Part shown: one piece after another, positions 46,925 through 55,788 of the stretch
Layout of the letters: every line of letters begins with the position of its first letter
How positions within the stretch are numbered: position 1 is the first letter of the stretch
Origin: a virus
Taxonomy: Duplodnaviria; Caudoviricetes
DNA: 64,000 nucleotides
Virus record (IMG/VR): IMGVR_UViG_3300050146_000027
Coordinates: 11,133-75,132 of that record
Direction: 5' to 3' (one strand)
Made by a program: the position numbers and the translations under genes
Notes under the pieces: model-generated
Seen by the model: only the letters and a program-made list of their open reading frames with translations
Told to the model about the DNA's origin: nothing
The model's database searches: none

Positions 46925-47297
46925 CAGGAGCCTTGTCTGCTTGTGCGTGCTCGCCGTTGGCAGCACCCAGAGCACTGTCCAGTTCGGTGGCCACTTGTTG
47001 CACAGACATGCCAGCAGGCGGTTGCTTGAACTCGGCTTCGGTGAACTGACCCAAGTAGGTAAAGCTCATCAGAACCACGTCCACGACTTGGACTTCATTG
47101 GCACTGATGCCAGTGCTCTTGAAGAAGTTCAGCTGCAGGATCTGCTGGGCCTTGCTCAGCGAACGAGCAGGCAGGTCAGTCGTGTCCGTGATCAAGACGC
47201 CGTTCAAGGGCACGCTGCCGGGCTGTTCAGTCTCCTTGTTCAGGAAGACGACATTGCCTGCGATCAGGAAGTGGTGTTTCTTTTCGGTTGCGTCCAT
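46884..47297 (-). CDS. N4 gp40 homolog
   Basis: HHFLIAGNVVF...DVVLMSFTYLGQFTEAEF; synteny. Confidence 0.7.
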   Translation of the reverse strand: MDATEKKHHFLIAGNVVFLNKETEQPGSVPLNGVLITDTTDLPARSLSKAQQILQLNFFKSTGISANEVQVVDVVLMSFTYLGQFTEAEFKQPPAGMSVQQVATELDSALGAANGEHAQADKAPDVDSIVAAVPKGD

Positions 47298-47318
47298 GTT
47301 GGACTCCTTGTTTTGGGC

Positions 47319-48053
47319 TTAGCCCATTGCTTTGATGACACATCGTCGGATTTGTTCTTCAGATGCATCGATTGGGATCCCGATCTCTTCACACCATGTT
47401 GGCCAGAAAATGGAGAGCTCGCCTCCAAGTTTGACTTCATCGTGCTGGATGTCGGGATGGTCCTGCCACTGCACAGCCTTCACGAGGTGCTCATTGGTGT
47501 ACATGACTGCATTGATGTCATCGCGGACAAGCATGTACTGGGCATCGTGGATGTGGGCACATGGCCGGATGTCGAGGCGGTGTCCTGACTTGCGGACACC
47601 ACCCATGAATTCTGCACTGGCTCGGCTGTTCAGTAAACACCAAGATTGGCCAAGAGCATTGCCGGCCGTTCGACCTTCTGCCTCAGCTTCATAGGGTGTT
47701 TTGCTGTTGCCTCTGATCACTTGCTTGAGCAAGGGTGTGCGAAGACGCAGACCAAATGCTGCAGTGATGTAGCCATCTTTCGAGGCCTGATCAAGCTTGG
47801 CCTGTACCCAGGCATCACTAATCTTGTAGAGCTCGTGATACCTGGCTTCCACCATCAATGCCTTCTCTTTGGAGAAGCCGCAATTCTTGATCAGAGTGAT
47901 GTAGGTTCCCTGGTAGGTCAGTGCAAAAGTGGGTGCTTTGCTGTCCTGACGTTGTGGCTTGTAGAGGTCCTGGATCGAGTTGATCTCAGCGACGTTAAAG
48001 TCTCGCAATGGAACCTCCTCTATCTTGGCTCCAGGCTTGAGTTGAATTTGCAT
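47319..48053 (-). CDS. Family A DNA polymerase, C-terminal part (motifs B and C)
   Basis: RQDSKAPTFALTYQG (motif B), RTAGNALGQS, IHDAQY (motif C); own RBS GGAG and ATG. Confidence 0.9.
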   Translation of the reverse strand: MQIQLKPGAKIEEVPLRDFNVAEINSIQDLYKPQRQDSKAPTFALTYQGTYITLIKNCGFSKEKALMVEARYHELYKISDAWVQAKLDQASKDGYITAAFGLRLRTPLLKQVIRGNSKTPYEAEAEGRTAGNALGQSWCLLNSRASAEFMGGVRKSGHRLDIRPCAHIHDAQYMLVRDDINAVMYTNEHLVKAVQWQDHPDIQHDEVKLGGELSIFWPTWCEEIGIPIDASEEQIRRCVIKAMG

Positions 48054-48065
48054 GATTGCTCCGAT

Positions 48066-48095
48066 AAAAAAGCCGCCCACATTTCTGTAGGCGGC
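48066..48095 (-). terminator. Strong hairpin plus U-run between the polymerase halves
   Basis: GCCGCCTACA-GAAA-TGTGGGCGGC-TTTTTT. Confidence 0.75.
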
Positions 48096-48101
48096 CCCCC
48101 A

Positions 48102-50252
48102 TCATGAAGTGAAATGGTCTTCCACGTTCATGACAGTACCATCTGGCAGGGCGACAGTATCCCCTTCCACCAGATAGATCACTTCGTCACCTTGGGTGAC
48201 ACGAAAAGCTTTCACACTTTCCACTTGTCGGATCAAAGGCATCTCTGAACCAAAGTAGGCATAAGCACGCAGGCTGTGGCCGTCGTAGCCGTCGGTGTAA
48301 ACCTTCAGCTTGTTCGGGTCCTTTGTTGTCAAGGCACTGATGCGGTCTTCGAGAGATGCGAAGTCCAAACCACAAAACAACCATCCAGGTGGTGCTTGGA
48401 AGCAGCTCTTGATGAGCTTGCCCAAATGGAGCTTGCCTTTCTTGATGAACTTGCCAGCTCCCATGGATTCCAGCAACACCAGCACAGCAGCCACCAGCGC
48501 AACCTCCACGTTGGCAGGGAGGTTCTGCAGGTTTGGTTCACTGGAACTGAGTCGACCAGACAGAGTCCCACCAAGGTTGAAGTTGCCGAACAAGTAGTGC
48601 CAGCCGTCAGGTCCGAGAGCAGCATTTTTCATCGCTGGGATGAATGATGTGAGGATCTTGTTCACTGCACCGTAGTCCAGCATGGCTGCAAGGAACTCTT
48701 TCACCTCGGGAGTCTTGGCGTGGTTGACCAAGGCTTCTAAAGTGTCACGATCAACTGAAGGTTGTTTGCTGGCTGTCAACCCAATGACAGGCATTCCCAG
48801 AATTTCAAACAAGATCTCTTGCAGTTGCGGGCCTGAGTTGGGATTGAAAGTGATTTCAGTGCGAATGGCCTCAGAGGTTTGGCTTGCAGCTAACATCTCT
48901 TGAACAGTCATTCGCTTTTTCTTCCACTCCTTGTTTTTTTCCTCAGTGAATCGTTCGAGTCGGGTGTACTCGTACTCCTGAATCAGCTTGCATTGATGGA
49001 TCGTATTCAGAGCATGGTCGTAGACCACGGTCAGAATGCTCTCTACTTTGAGAACCTGGTCCATGCTGAGTGGCAGGCCAGTCAACTGCATCTGGATGAT
49101 GTCAGTCGTCGCTGGCTTGAACAGACTTTGGTACACGTTCAGCTGCTGATCGTTGACCATCGTTTGGTAGTGTTTTTCATGCACATACCATGTGGAGAGG
49201 GCATCGACCAAGTTGTACCGCAAGAGCTTTGGCAAAGGTATCTTTGTGATGTCCTTGATGTCATCGTCGTTCATCGCGTAGTTGCCAGAATACTCTTGAG
49301 ACTGGTCTTTGAGACCGAGCTTGTTACCAGCGCAGCTGTTGGTGGCCAAGTAGGTGATCAGCTTGGTGTCGTCCCAGCATCGCAGCATCACGTCGATACC
49401 TTCGAGCAAGCCTTCTGTGTCCAATAGATCTTTCATGTAGAGCTGATAGATCAACACGTACACGTCGAAGCTGATGTTGTGCCAGATCATTTGCTTGAGG
49501 TAGCGATTGAAAAAGTCTTTCAGCAGTGCACGCACAGGCCCGTTACGGGCGTTGCGCCCATACGGTGCTTCGGTAGCATCTTCGATCGGCTCGTAGTCTA
49601 CCGCAAAGGCAATGCCCTCGTGCTTGTTCCAGGCCAGTGCAATGCTGCCAATGCCGGCCTTGTGGTGCTTTAGATCGAAGGCTTCAATGTCGGCTGTGAA
49701 ATCCACATTCATAGCCAGCAGCTTCTCCAAAGCAGCAGCGATCTCAGTTGGTCCGGATGGGTACTCTTCGTACTTGATGATGTCTGTGCCTGGTGCTTGG
49801 TAGCTGCCGGCAACGTGATCAAGCAGAGCGTTTATGCCCTGCTTGATCTTTGCACGAACCTTTTCAGGATCGTAGAACACAGCCCGGTAGCTTGGAACGT
49901 AGACCACCTTCCAAGGACCAAACACGCAGTCCATCATGTAGCCAAGATTTGCCTCAGTCTTGGCAGACTTTGTCAGTACCTTGAAGTAGTCGCTGTCGGC
50001 AACGATCAGGTACTTGGCCTGGCTGTCCTGGAGCACAGGCACCAACTCGCTTTTGATGAATTGCTTCATCTCTTCGGCTGGCGTCTTCTTTTTGGTCTGA
50101 GAGTAGTGCAGATCGCAGATCAGCACATCATCTTCTGGGATACCAAAAGGAGTGAGGTATTCCTTTTGGATCTCATCCTTACGGATGGTGGGGACCAGAA
50201 ACACCAGTGGGTAGGTGACCAGATCTTGTTGTGAGTAGAACAGCTGTCTCAT
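48102..50252 (-). CDS. Family A DNA polymerase, N-terminal part (UDG-like region, 3'-5' exonuclease, motif A)
   Basis: ADIEAF (ExoI), IWHNISFD, YNLVDAL, GTLSGRLSSSEPNLQNLP, GLDFASLEDR (motif A). Confidence 0.92.
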   Translation of the reverse strand: MRQLFYSQQDLVTYPLVFLVPTIRKDEIQKEYLTPFGIPEDDVLICDLHYSQTKKKTPAEEMKQFIKSELVPVLQDSQAKYLIVADSDYFKVLTKSAKTEANLGYMMDCVFGPWKVVYVPSYRAVFYDPEKVRAKIKQGINALLDHVAGSYQAPGTDIIKYEEYPSGPTEIAAALEKLLAMNVDFTADIEAFDLKHHKAGIGSIALAWNKHEGIAFAVDYEPIEDATEAPYGRNARNGPVRALLKDFFNRYLKQMIWHNISFDVYVLIYQLYMKDLLDTEGLLEGIDVMLRCWDDTKLITYLATNSCAGNKLGLKDQSQEYSGNYAMNDDDIKDITKIPLPKLLRYNLVDALSTWYVHEKHYQTMVNDQQLNVYQSLFKPATTDIIQMQLTGLPLSMDQVLKVESILTVVYDHALNTIHQCKLIQEYEYTRLERFTEEKNKEWKKKRMTVQEMLAASQTSEAIRTEITFNPNSGPQLQEILFEILGMPVIGLTASKQPSVDRDTLEALVNHAKTPEVKEFLAAMLDYGAVNKILTSFIPAMKNAALGPDGWHYLFGNFNLGGTLSGRLSSSEPNLQNLPANVEVALVAAVLVLLESMGAGKFIKKGKLHLGKLIKSCFQAPPGWLFCGLDFASLEDRISALTTKDPNKLKVYTDGYDGHSLRAYAYFGSEMPLIRQVESVKAFRVTQGDEVIYLVEGDTVALPDGTVMNVEDHFTS

Positions 50253-50260
50253 TGTTGCTC

Positions 50261-50773
50261 CTAGCAGACCAGTGCTGCAACCGAATAGGCTTGAATCAAA
50301 GGCAAAGCTTTTTCGTATGCACGCACAGCATACGGATCGCTTCTGATGAAGACAGTGTTGTCTTCTTTGGTTCTCGACAGGTGGGAGATCTGCGGGATCA
50401 AATGGATCAAGCACTCCGGCAAAGAATCCCTGATGTCCTGCACACTAGTGCAGTTGATGAGCAAAGGGGCAAGGGCTTGCTTGATGCGTGCTTTGTCATT
50501 CTCTATCTGAGCCATGTCAGCGTCGAACTGAGTTAGTTTGTCCTGCAGATGAAAACCTAGAGTGGGAACAGGGTAATTGCTCAAAACCTTATTCTGAGAT
50601 TCGTAATTTGGATCTATGTACTTCTTGCCGTGGTGCATAAACCCAAAATGCTGTATGCCAATGCGCTGGCTGTTTTCTTTATTGAGCTGACTGACAACCC
50701 TCCCAAGCCTTTTGGTGTCAGGCTGGAAAAGGTTGGCAATGATCATGTCAACCCATTCGTGTGCATTCTGCAT
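50261..50773 (-). CDS. N4 gp38 homolog
   Basis: Lies between helicase and polymerase; QDIRDSLPECL motif. Confidence 0.7.
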   Translation of the reverse strand: MQNAHEWVDMIIANLFQPDTKRLGRVVSQLNKENSQRIGIQHFGFMHHGKKYIDPNYESQNKVLSNYPVPTLGFHLQDKLTQFDADMAQIENDKARIKQALAPLLINCTSVQDIRDSLPECLIHLIPQISHLSRTKEDNTVFIRSDPYAVRAYEKALPLIQAYSVAALVC

Positions 50774-50786
50774 GTCGATGACCTTA

Positions 50787-52085
50787 TTATTTGACCAAAC
50801 CCCCGTATTTTGAGGCAAGGTCTCCGTAGAGGAAAATCCCGTGGCGAGCCCGGCTGAACGCGACGTAAAGCATACGGGCCGCTTGGTTGGGGTTGTGGCA
50901 GGTGGAGATGTCACCGAGATCGACGAAGACGTAGTCATGACTACTCCCTTGAGACTTGTGCACTGTTGCCGAATCCCTGGGGCGGAGATCAGGGTAGTTG
51001 TTCTTCAACTTGTAGTACATCGGCCAGCGCTTTTGCTGTTGGTAATGCTTGACCAGTTGATTGAAGTGGGCCTTGTCTTCAGGCAGCATCACGTCGTCAT
51101 ACGAGCCGTGATAGTCAGTCGTCAGTGTGGCTCGCCGGCACTCCAAGAAAACACCATCTTCAATCTCAACCATCTCGGTCAAAAGCGACAGGTTGGTGAT
51201 GGTGACTTCTTCTTCAACAGAAAGCATGCAGGTCTTCAAGGTGACTGCTGAGTTGTTGATCAGTCGTTCACCTTCGATATAGGTCGAGTTGATCTGGCGA
51301 ATGGCACGAACATGATTGTTGTAGTCCGTGACCCGGCGATTGGTATAGGCCAGGATGCGAGCATCTGCTTTGCCGTCAAGAAACACCTCATCGATCTTGG
51401 CTTCCATCTGAGCACTGTCAAGATGTTCGATGACACCTGGCACCAGTTGGATTGGGTAGAACTCACCGGTCTCAACTGTGTCTCGCATTTGCAAGTTGAG
51501 GTTTTGCAGATGAGGACAACCAGTTCGCATCGGTTCTGTCAGCTCAAAAAACGGCAGGTTCTGGTTGTAGACTGGACTGATGGGTTCATGCACTGGTGCC
51601 AATTGGCAATGGTCACCAACGTAGACGATCTTGCACTTGCTGGTCCCTTCACGCATGAAGGCCAACAACTGACGATCAATCATGGAGCACTCGTCCACAA
51701 AAATGATCGTGTTCTGGTGCACAACCCAACTGTTGGACTTGGTGATTTGGCTGCGGCCTGTGCTGTAATCGTCTTTCACTTTGAGATTGAAAAACGAATG
51801 AGCAGTTTCTGCTGGCCGGCCAGTGGAATGGCTCAGCACATCAACAGCCTTGTTGGTTGTGGCTGTCATCTGGACATTGTTGTATTCCGGGTGAAGGCCC
51901 ATCAACTGACAGGTCTGCTCGTAGCGGGGCATGATGTCGTCGATCAGATAGCCCATGAGGAACGTCTTGCCAACACCGCCTGGACCGGAAATGATCAGCT
52001 CACGGGCATCGCTGAACAGAAATTGAAAGAAGCCATCAGCGGCTGCTTGTTGACCCTTGTTCAGAGTCTTGGTTTCTTGAGTCAT
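50787..52085 (-). CDS. SF1 (Dda/RecD-like) DNA helicase (gp37)
   Basis: GPGGVGKT, IFVDECSM, VGDHCQLAPV, TVHKSQGSS, LYVAFSRAR. Confidence 0.93.
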   Translation of the reverse strand: MTQETKTLNKGQQAAADGFFQFLFSDARELIISGPGGVGKTFLMGYLIDDIMPRYEQTCQLMGLHPEYNNVQMTATTNKAVDVLSHSTGRPAETAHSFFNLKVKDDYSTGRSQITKSNSWVVHQNTIIFVDECSMIDRQLLAFMREGTSKCKIVYVGDHCQLAPVHEPISPVYNQNLPFFELTEPMRTGCPHLQNLNLQMRDTVETGEFYPIQLVPGVIEHLDSAQMEAKIDEVFLDGKADARILAYTNRRVTDYNNHVRAIRQINSTYIEGERLINNSAVTLKTCMLSVEEEVTITNLSLLTEMVEIEDGVFLECRRATLTTDYHGSYDDVMLPEDKAHFNQLVKHYQQQKRWPMYYKLKNNYPDLRPRDSATVHKSQGSSHDYVFVDLGDISTCHNPNQAARMLYVAFSRARHGIFLYGDLASKYGGLVK

Positions 52086-52102
52086 GTTGTGTCTTTCTTG
52101 GT

Positions 52103-52327
52103 TCAGATGAAATACGCAATTGCGTTGAACACCTGTTGGCCTGTTGGGGTAAGTCGAACGTAGCTGTAGTGCGGTCTTTCACGCACTTCAACCAGTTCTT
52201 GGGGGAGCTTGCGAACCAAAGAAAGAACAGGCCTGCTGGTTAGTGTCCAGCCGCTTTCATTCTTGTCTTTGTCAATGAGTTGGATCAGGTGGATCTCGCC
52301 TGAGTCAAGTTTGCGTGGAGTTGTCAT
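52103..52327 (-). CDS. Small winged-helix-like hypothetical protein
   Basis: 74-aa ORF ending ...VRLTPTGQQV. Confidence 0.55.
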   Translation of the reverse strand: MTTPRKLDSGEIHLIQLIDKDKNESGWTLTSRPVLSLVRKLPQELVEVRERPHYSYVRLTPTGQQVFNAIAYFI

Positions 52328-52329
52328 GA

Positions 52330-52779
52330 TTAGCCTTCGAAAAAATGATCATCTGGGTTGTTGAGCCAACTGATGGCCATCGGAATCAGGTAACTCAAGT
52401 TGTACATCTTGGGCATTTGCCCCAAGTTCAATGTGAGATCATTCCAAACGTCAACGATCACAACTTCTTCGCTTTCCATTGTTTGGCAGGAGTTGATCAA
52501 AGAATCCGACACTTGGGCGCACATGAAGTACACCTTGTTGTTGGTGTCCCGGTAGTAGCGTTCAGTGTGAAAGTTGGTCCAATCCAGGGGATTGATATCT
52601 ACTCCAGCTTCTTCAAAAAATTCTCGACTCATGGCTCCACGAGGACTCTCACCAATTTCAATTTTTCCTCCGATGCCGTTGAACTTGCCTGCCATTTGAC
52701 GTGGCCCACGATTTTTACGAATCAACACGACACGATTCAAATCAGGGCTGAAAAGAAATCCACAAACGTATGTAGTCAT
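52330..52779 (-). CDS. NUDIX hydrolase
   Basis: Nudix box GGKIEIGESPRGAMSREFFEEAG. Confidence 0.9.
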   Translation of the reverse strand: MTTYVCGFLFSPDLNRVVLIRKNRGPRQMAGKFNGIGGKIEIGESPRGAMSREFFEEAGVDINPLDWTNFHTERYYRDTNNKVYFMCAQVSDSLINSCQTMESEEVVIVDVWNDLTLNLGQMPKMYNLSYLIPMAISWLNNPDDHFFEG

Positions 52780-53075
52780 ATTGTGTCCTCATTGAAGTTG
52801 ATTGTGTTTCGCGGCACCAGGATGAGATAGTGTTCTTCCATGAGATCGCAAAACTTGTACCAATCGTTGATATCTGGTTTTGTGTGGGTGCAGTGCAAGC
52901 ACTGCTGAGCACCTTTGAGCTGTTCGCTGATGGTCGTATGCACATCCATCCCGTATGTCTTTGAAAAGCGACCAACTGTGGACCCGTCCAAGGCATAAAC
53001 CCAGACTGTGGTGCCACATTGGCTCACTTGAATTTGATGATCCTTGATGTTCATGATTTGGTTTTCCAAGGTCAT
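52776..53075 (-). CDS. Hypothetical protein
   Basis: 99 aa with DGSTVGRF...GMDVH and CLHCTH. Confidence 0.55.
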   Translation of the reverse strand: MTLENQIMNIKDHQIQVSQCGTTVWVYALDGSTVGRFSKTYGMDVHTTISEQLKGAQQCLHCTHTKPDINDWYKFCDLMEEHYLILVPRNTINFNEDTI

Positions 53076-53087
53076 AGCGACCTCAAT

Positions 53088-53115
53088 AAAAAAAAAAGGG
53101 ACCCGAAGGTCTCTC
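53088..53115 (-). terminator. Intrinsic terminator
   Basis: GAGACC-TTCG-GGTCCC followed by 10 T. Confidence 0.85.
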
Positions 53116-53135
53116 TCATTGCTTGCTGAAGATGA

Positions 53136-53705
53136 TCAGACTTCGTAGAACACAGGTTCTGTGTAGCTGGCCGATTTCAGAAACTTGCCCTTTGGTGCAT
53201 CAGGCTGATCGCTGCCTGATTTCATGATCATCGTTGGGTAGTCACCTTCGAAGTACACATCAGTCACGCCACGCTCAGCATGGAATTTGATGGTGGCTTC
53301 CTTGTCTGCTTCGTTCTTGATGAAGCGAGTCATCACACCATCAATGACTGAGTACATGTCACGATCGGCATCAATGCCCATGAAATGGTGGGCACCGTAG
53401 GCAAAAACATGAATGTCGGACAGGCCGTCACGAACACCATTCAGGCTCACGTTGCCGGAACCTTCCTTGCGGAGAGTCTCCAGGTTGTTCTTGAAGTTGT
53501 GAGCGGCCAGTTGAGCTGAAGCCTTGTCAGCACCCAGGGCTACGAAGACCTCAGCCAGCTCATCAGCAATGCTCAGCGACTGCTTGGCCACACGATTCCA
53601 GTCGATGCTGGTCGTGAAGCCTTTGGGGTTATTGAAAGCATTGTTCATGTGGGCGACCAACATGAAATTGGATGGTCCATTCAGGACGTGACGATCATGG
53701 GACAT
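53136..53705 (-). CDS. MazG-like / PRA-PH-like NTP pyrophosphohydrolase
   Basis: IADELAE, VRDGLSDIHVFAYG, GKFLKS motifs. Confidence 0.75.
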   Translation of the reverse strand: MSHDRHVLNGPSNFMLVAHMNNAFNNPKGFTTSIDWNRVAKQSLSIADELAEVFVALGADKASAQLAAHNFKNNLETLRKEGSGNVSLNGVRDGLSDIHVFAYGAHHFMGIDADRDMYSVIDGVMTRFIKNEADKEATIKFHAERGVTDVYFEGDYPTMIMKSGSDQPDAPKGKFLKSASYTEPVFYEV

Positions 53706-54024
53706 TGTTGCTTCCTTGGTTCAACAGGTGACGGGCATGTTCTTGCTTGACCAACTGCCTCACGAAGTCCTTGATGGACATCGTCTTGCTCAGTTGATCG
53801 GCCAGCCACTCTTGCTCGTCGGGATTGAGTGAAAGAAACACGTCTTCCATGAAGGAGCGACGTGTATCAGCTGGTGGAATTTTCAGGGACTTCAGGCGAA
53901 GTGTGATGGTGGTAGGATGGCACTCCAATGCTCGTGCAATCGTTGCCAAAGACAGTCCAACACTGTTCAGGCGAATGATGTCAGCATCAGTGGCTTTGCG
54001 GTTTGCTCGAAATACAGAGGACAT
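53695..54024 (-). CDS. Conserved N4-like HTH protein
   Basis: DIIRLNSVGLSLATIARALECHPTTITLRL...PADTRRSFMED. Confidence 0.75.
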   Translation of the reverse strand: MSSVFRANRKATDADIIRLNSVGLSLATIARALECHPTTITLRLKSLKIPPADTRRSFMEDVFLSLNPDEQEWLADQLSKTMSIKDFVRQLVKQEHARHLLNQGSNNVP

Positions 54025-54045
54025 GGCAGTTCCCATGGTGGAGAA

Positions 54046-54080
54046 AGGTACCCTCAGTATAACTTGAACTGAGGGTACCT
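54046..54080. terminator. Perfect 13-bp inverted repeat after rIIB
   Basis: AGGTACCCTCAGT-ATAACTTGA-ACTGAGGGTACCT. Confidence 0.55.
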
Positions 54081-54091
54081 GGGCAGCTGAC

Positions 54092-55780
54092 TCAGCTCAG
54101 CAAAGCTTTCAGGGTTTCCCCTGCATTTTCAGGCAGACCCCAGACGGTCCAGCCTTTCTTGGCCTTCTTCTTGAAGTCCAGCAGTTCCTGGGCCTTGCCC
54201 GGCTTGCCAGCCAGAGCTTCATCCCACATTCCCGTGACCAGTTCAGTCTGGGTGATGGGTCCTTTGACTTCCAGCTTGAGTGCCTGGTCGTTGCCGGCCT
54301 TGAGCTTGTTCACAGCACGGACATCGACAGGAACATCACCACGGCCGATTTGAGCGGCTTCCAGGGGAGTGGCCTTTTTGACCGCCGTGGTGGCCTTTTT
54401 GACTGCCACCTTGCGTTTGGCCTTTTTGGCTTTCTTGGAAATGGTCTTGGCAACTTTCTTGACAGGTGGCTTGGGTGCAGGTGCCACGTCCTTCAGTTCT
54501 TCAGCCAAAGCTTCAATTTCTGCAGGATCTGAGACCACAGTCTGCACCTCCGATTCAGTGTCAGACTCGTCAACAGGCTCCTCACCAGTCACGATTTCAG
54601 TGATCTTGATGTTGGTGCTGTTTTGTCCACAGATCTTGACCATCTCAGTGATGCCGATGTGGTTGCCTGCAATGGCTTGGCCAAGCAGTTCTTCACCACC
54701 TTCAGCGTCAGAGATCGGCCGGTTCTCCACAATGGCTTTGAACTGCATCTGGGTGAGCTCAGCGATGATGTGATAGCCACAGACGCGCATTTTGTTTGCG
54801 TCATAGTTGGGTACAGCGATCACATCTTCAGGCCTGACTTTGGCCAAGACCACAACATCGCCGCTGAAACCATTGATGTAGCCACGACGTGCTACATGAA
54901 GGCCGTTGGAGCATTCATTGCGGCGATTGTGGTCCACCAAGGATGGGTCCATGTGCACATAGGAACCAACACGTTGTGTGACCTTTCTTGAGTGCACATC
55001 CACATAACCATCTCCACGGCGTTCCAAACGCTTGTAGATGATGATCGTGCCGTCGTTGGCGATTGGCAAGTCACCACGTTCCATGAAACGCAGCAGCTCG
55101 TCTGGAGTGTGTTGCCGCTGGTTGCGAACAGCAGCCAATCGTTCCAAAAAGATTGTCAGACCTTTTGCATCACCCTGCTTGGCTGCAGCAGCAAACTGGG
55201 ATTTGATGCGCTCCATTCCAGCAACGATGCCACCTTTGGGTGTGATGGCCACAATGGTGTCTTCGTGTTTGTCATGATGCTGGTCAGACCCATTTTCACT
55301 CCTGTCGGTAGGAGTTTTTTTGTCGCCTTCGACCACGGGTCGCTGTGCAGCAACTTTGGTTTCGTCGAATTCAGCTGCAGCCACAGGGACAGCATGCTTC
55401 AAGATTTCATTCACAGCAGCCATATTTCTGATGGCTTGCTCAGAGCGAGTAGGGGCCACAACAGGCAAAGTACCTACTGTTTGCGGGGCAACCACAGAAG
55501 GCACTTCATCAGACCTGAACAAGCTTGCCAACTTGGACTTGGCAACACGAAACAAGCGCACAGCACTGTTCGACTTTGCTTCAAACTCCTTCCAGGTGTT
55601 TTCCGTGGACAGATCCACATCGGCGTACTTTTGAGTAGCCAAGAGTGGGGTGACTTGTTCCAGCAGGGGACGCAAACGCTTGTCTCCCTGCAACATTTCG
55701 ATGGTCGTGCCATCTTGTTTGTACAGGATCGCCTTTTTGGTATCGACGATCACTGCAACAATGCGGGTCAGGTTGGTCAT
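54092..55780 (-). CDS. rIIB: rIIB-like protein (gp34)
   Basis: LPIANDGTIIIYK...VDHNRRNECSNGLHVARRGY...VRPEDVIAVP...KMRVCGY. Confidence 0.9.
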   Translation of the reverse strand: MTNLTRIVAVIVDTKKAILYKQDGTTIEMLQGDKRLRPLLEQVTPLLATQKYADVDLSTENTWKEFEAKSNSAVRLFRVAKSKLASLFRSDEVPSVVAPQTVGTLPVVAPTRSEQAIRNMAAVNEILKHAVPVAAAEFDETKVAAQRPVVEGDKKTPTDRSENGSDQHHDKHEDTIVAITPKGGIVAGMERIKSQFAAAAKQGDAKGLTIFLERLAAVRNQRQHTPDELLRFMERGDLPIANDGTIIIYKRLERRGDGYVDVHSRKVTQRVGSYVHMDPSLVDHNRRNECSNGLHVARRGYINGFSGDVVVLAKVRPEDVIAVPNYDANKMRVCGYHIIAELTQMQFKAIVENRPISDAEGGEELLGQAIAGNHIGITEMVKICGQNSTNIKITEIVTGEEPVDESDTESEVQTVVSDPAEIEALAEELKDVAPAPKPPVKKVAKTISKKAKKAKRKVAVKKATTAVKKATPLEAAQIGRGDVPVDVRAVNKLKAGNDQALKLEVKGPITQTELVTGMWDEALAGKPGKAQELLDFKKKAKKGWTVWGLPENAGETLKALLS

Positions 55781-55788
55781 GATGACTC

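Noticed and set aside
48000-48260. Split intein joining the polymerase halves
   Set aside because: No Cys/Ser-initiated N-intein motif and no terminal His-Asn followed by Cys/Ser/Thr.
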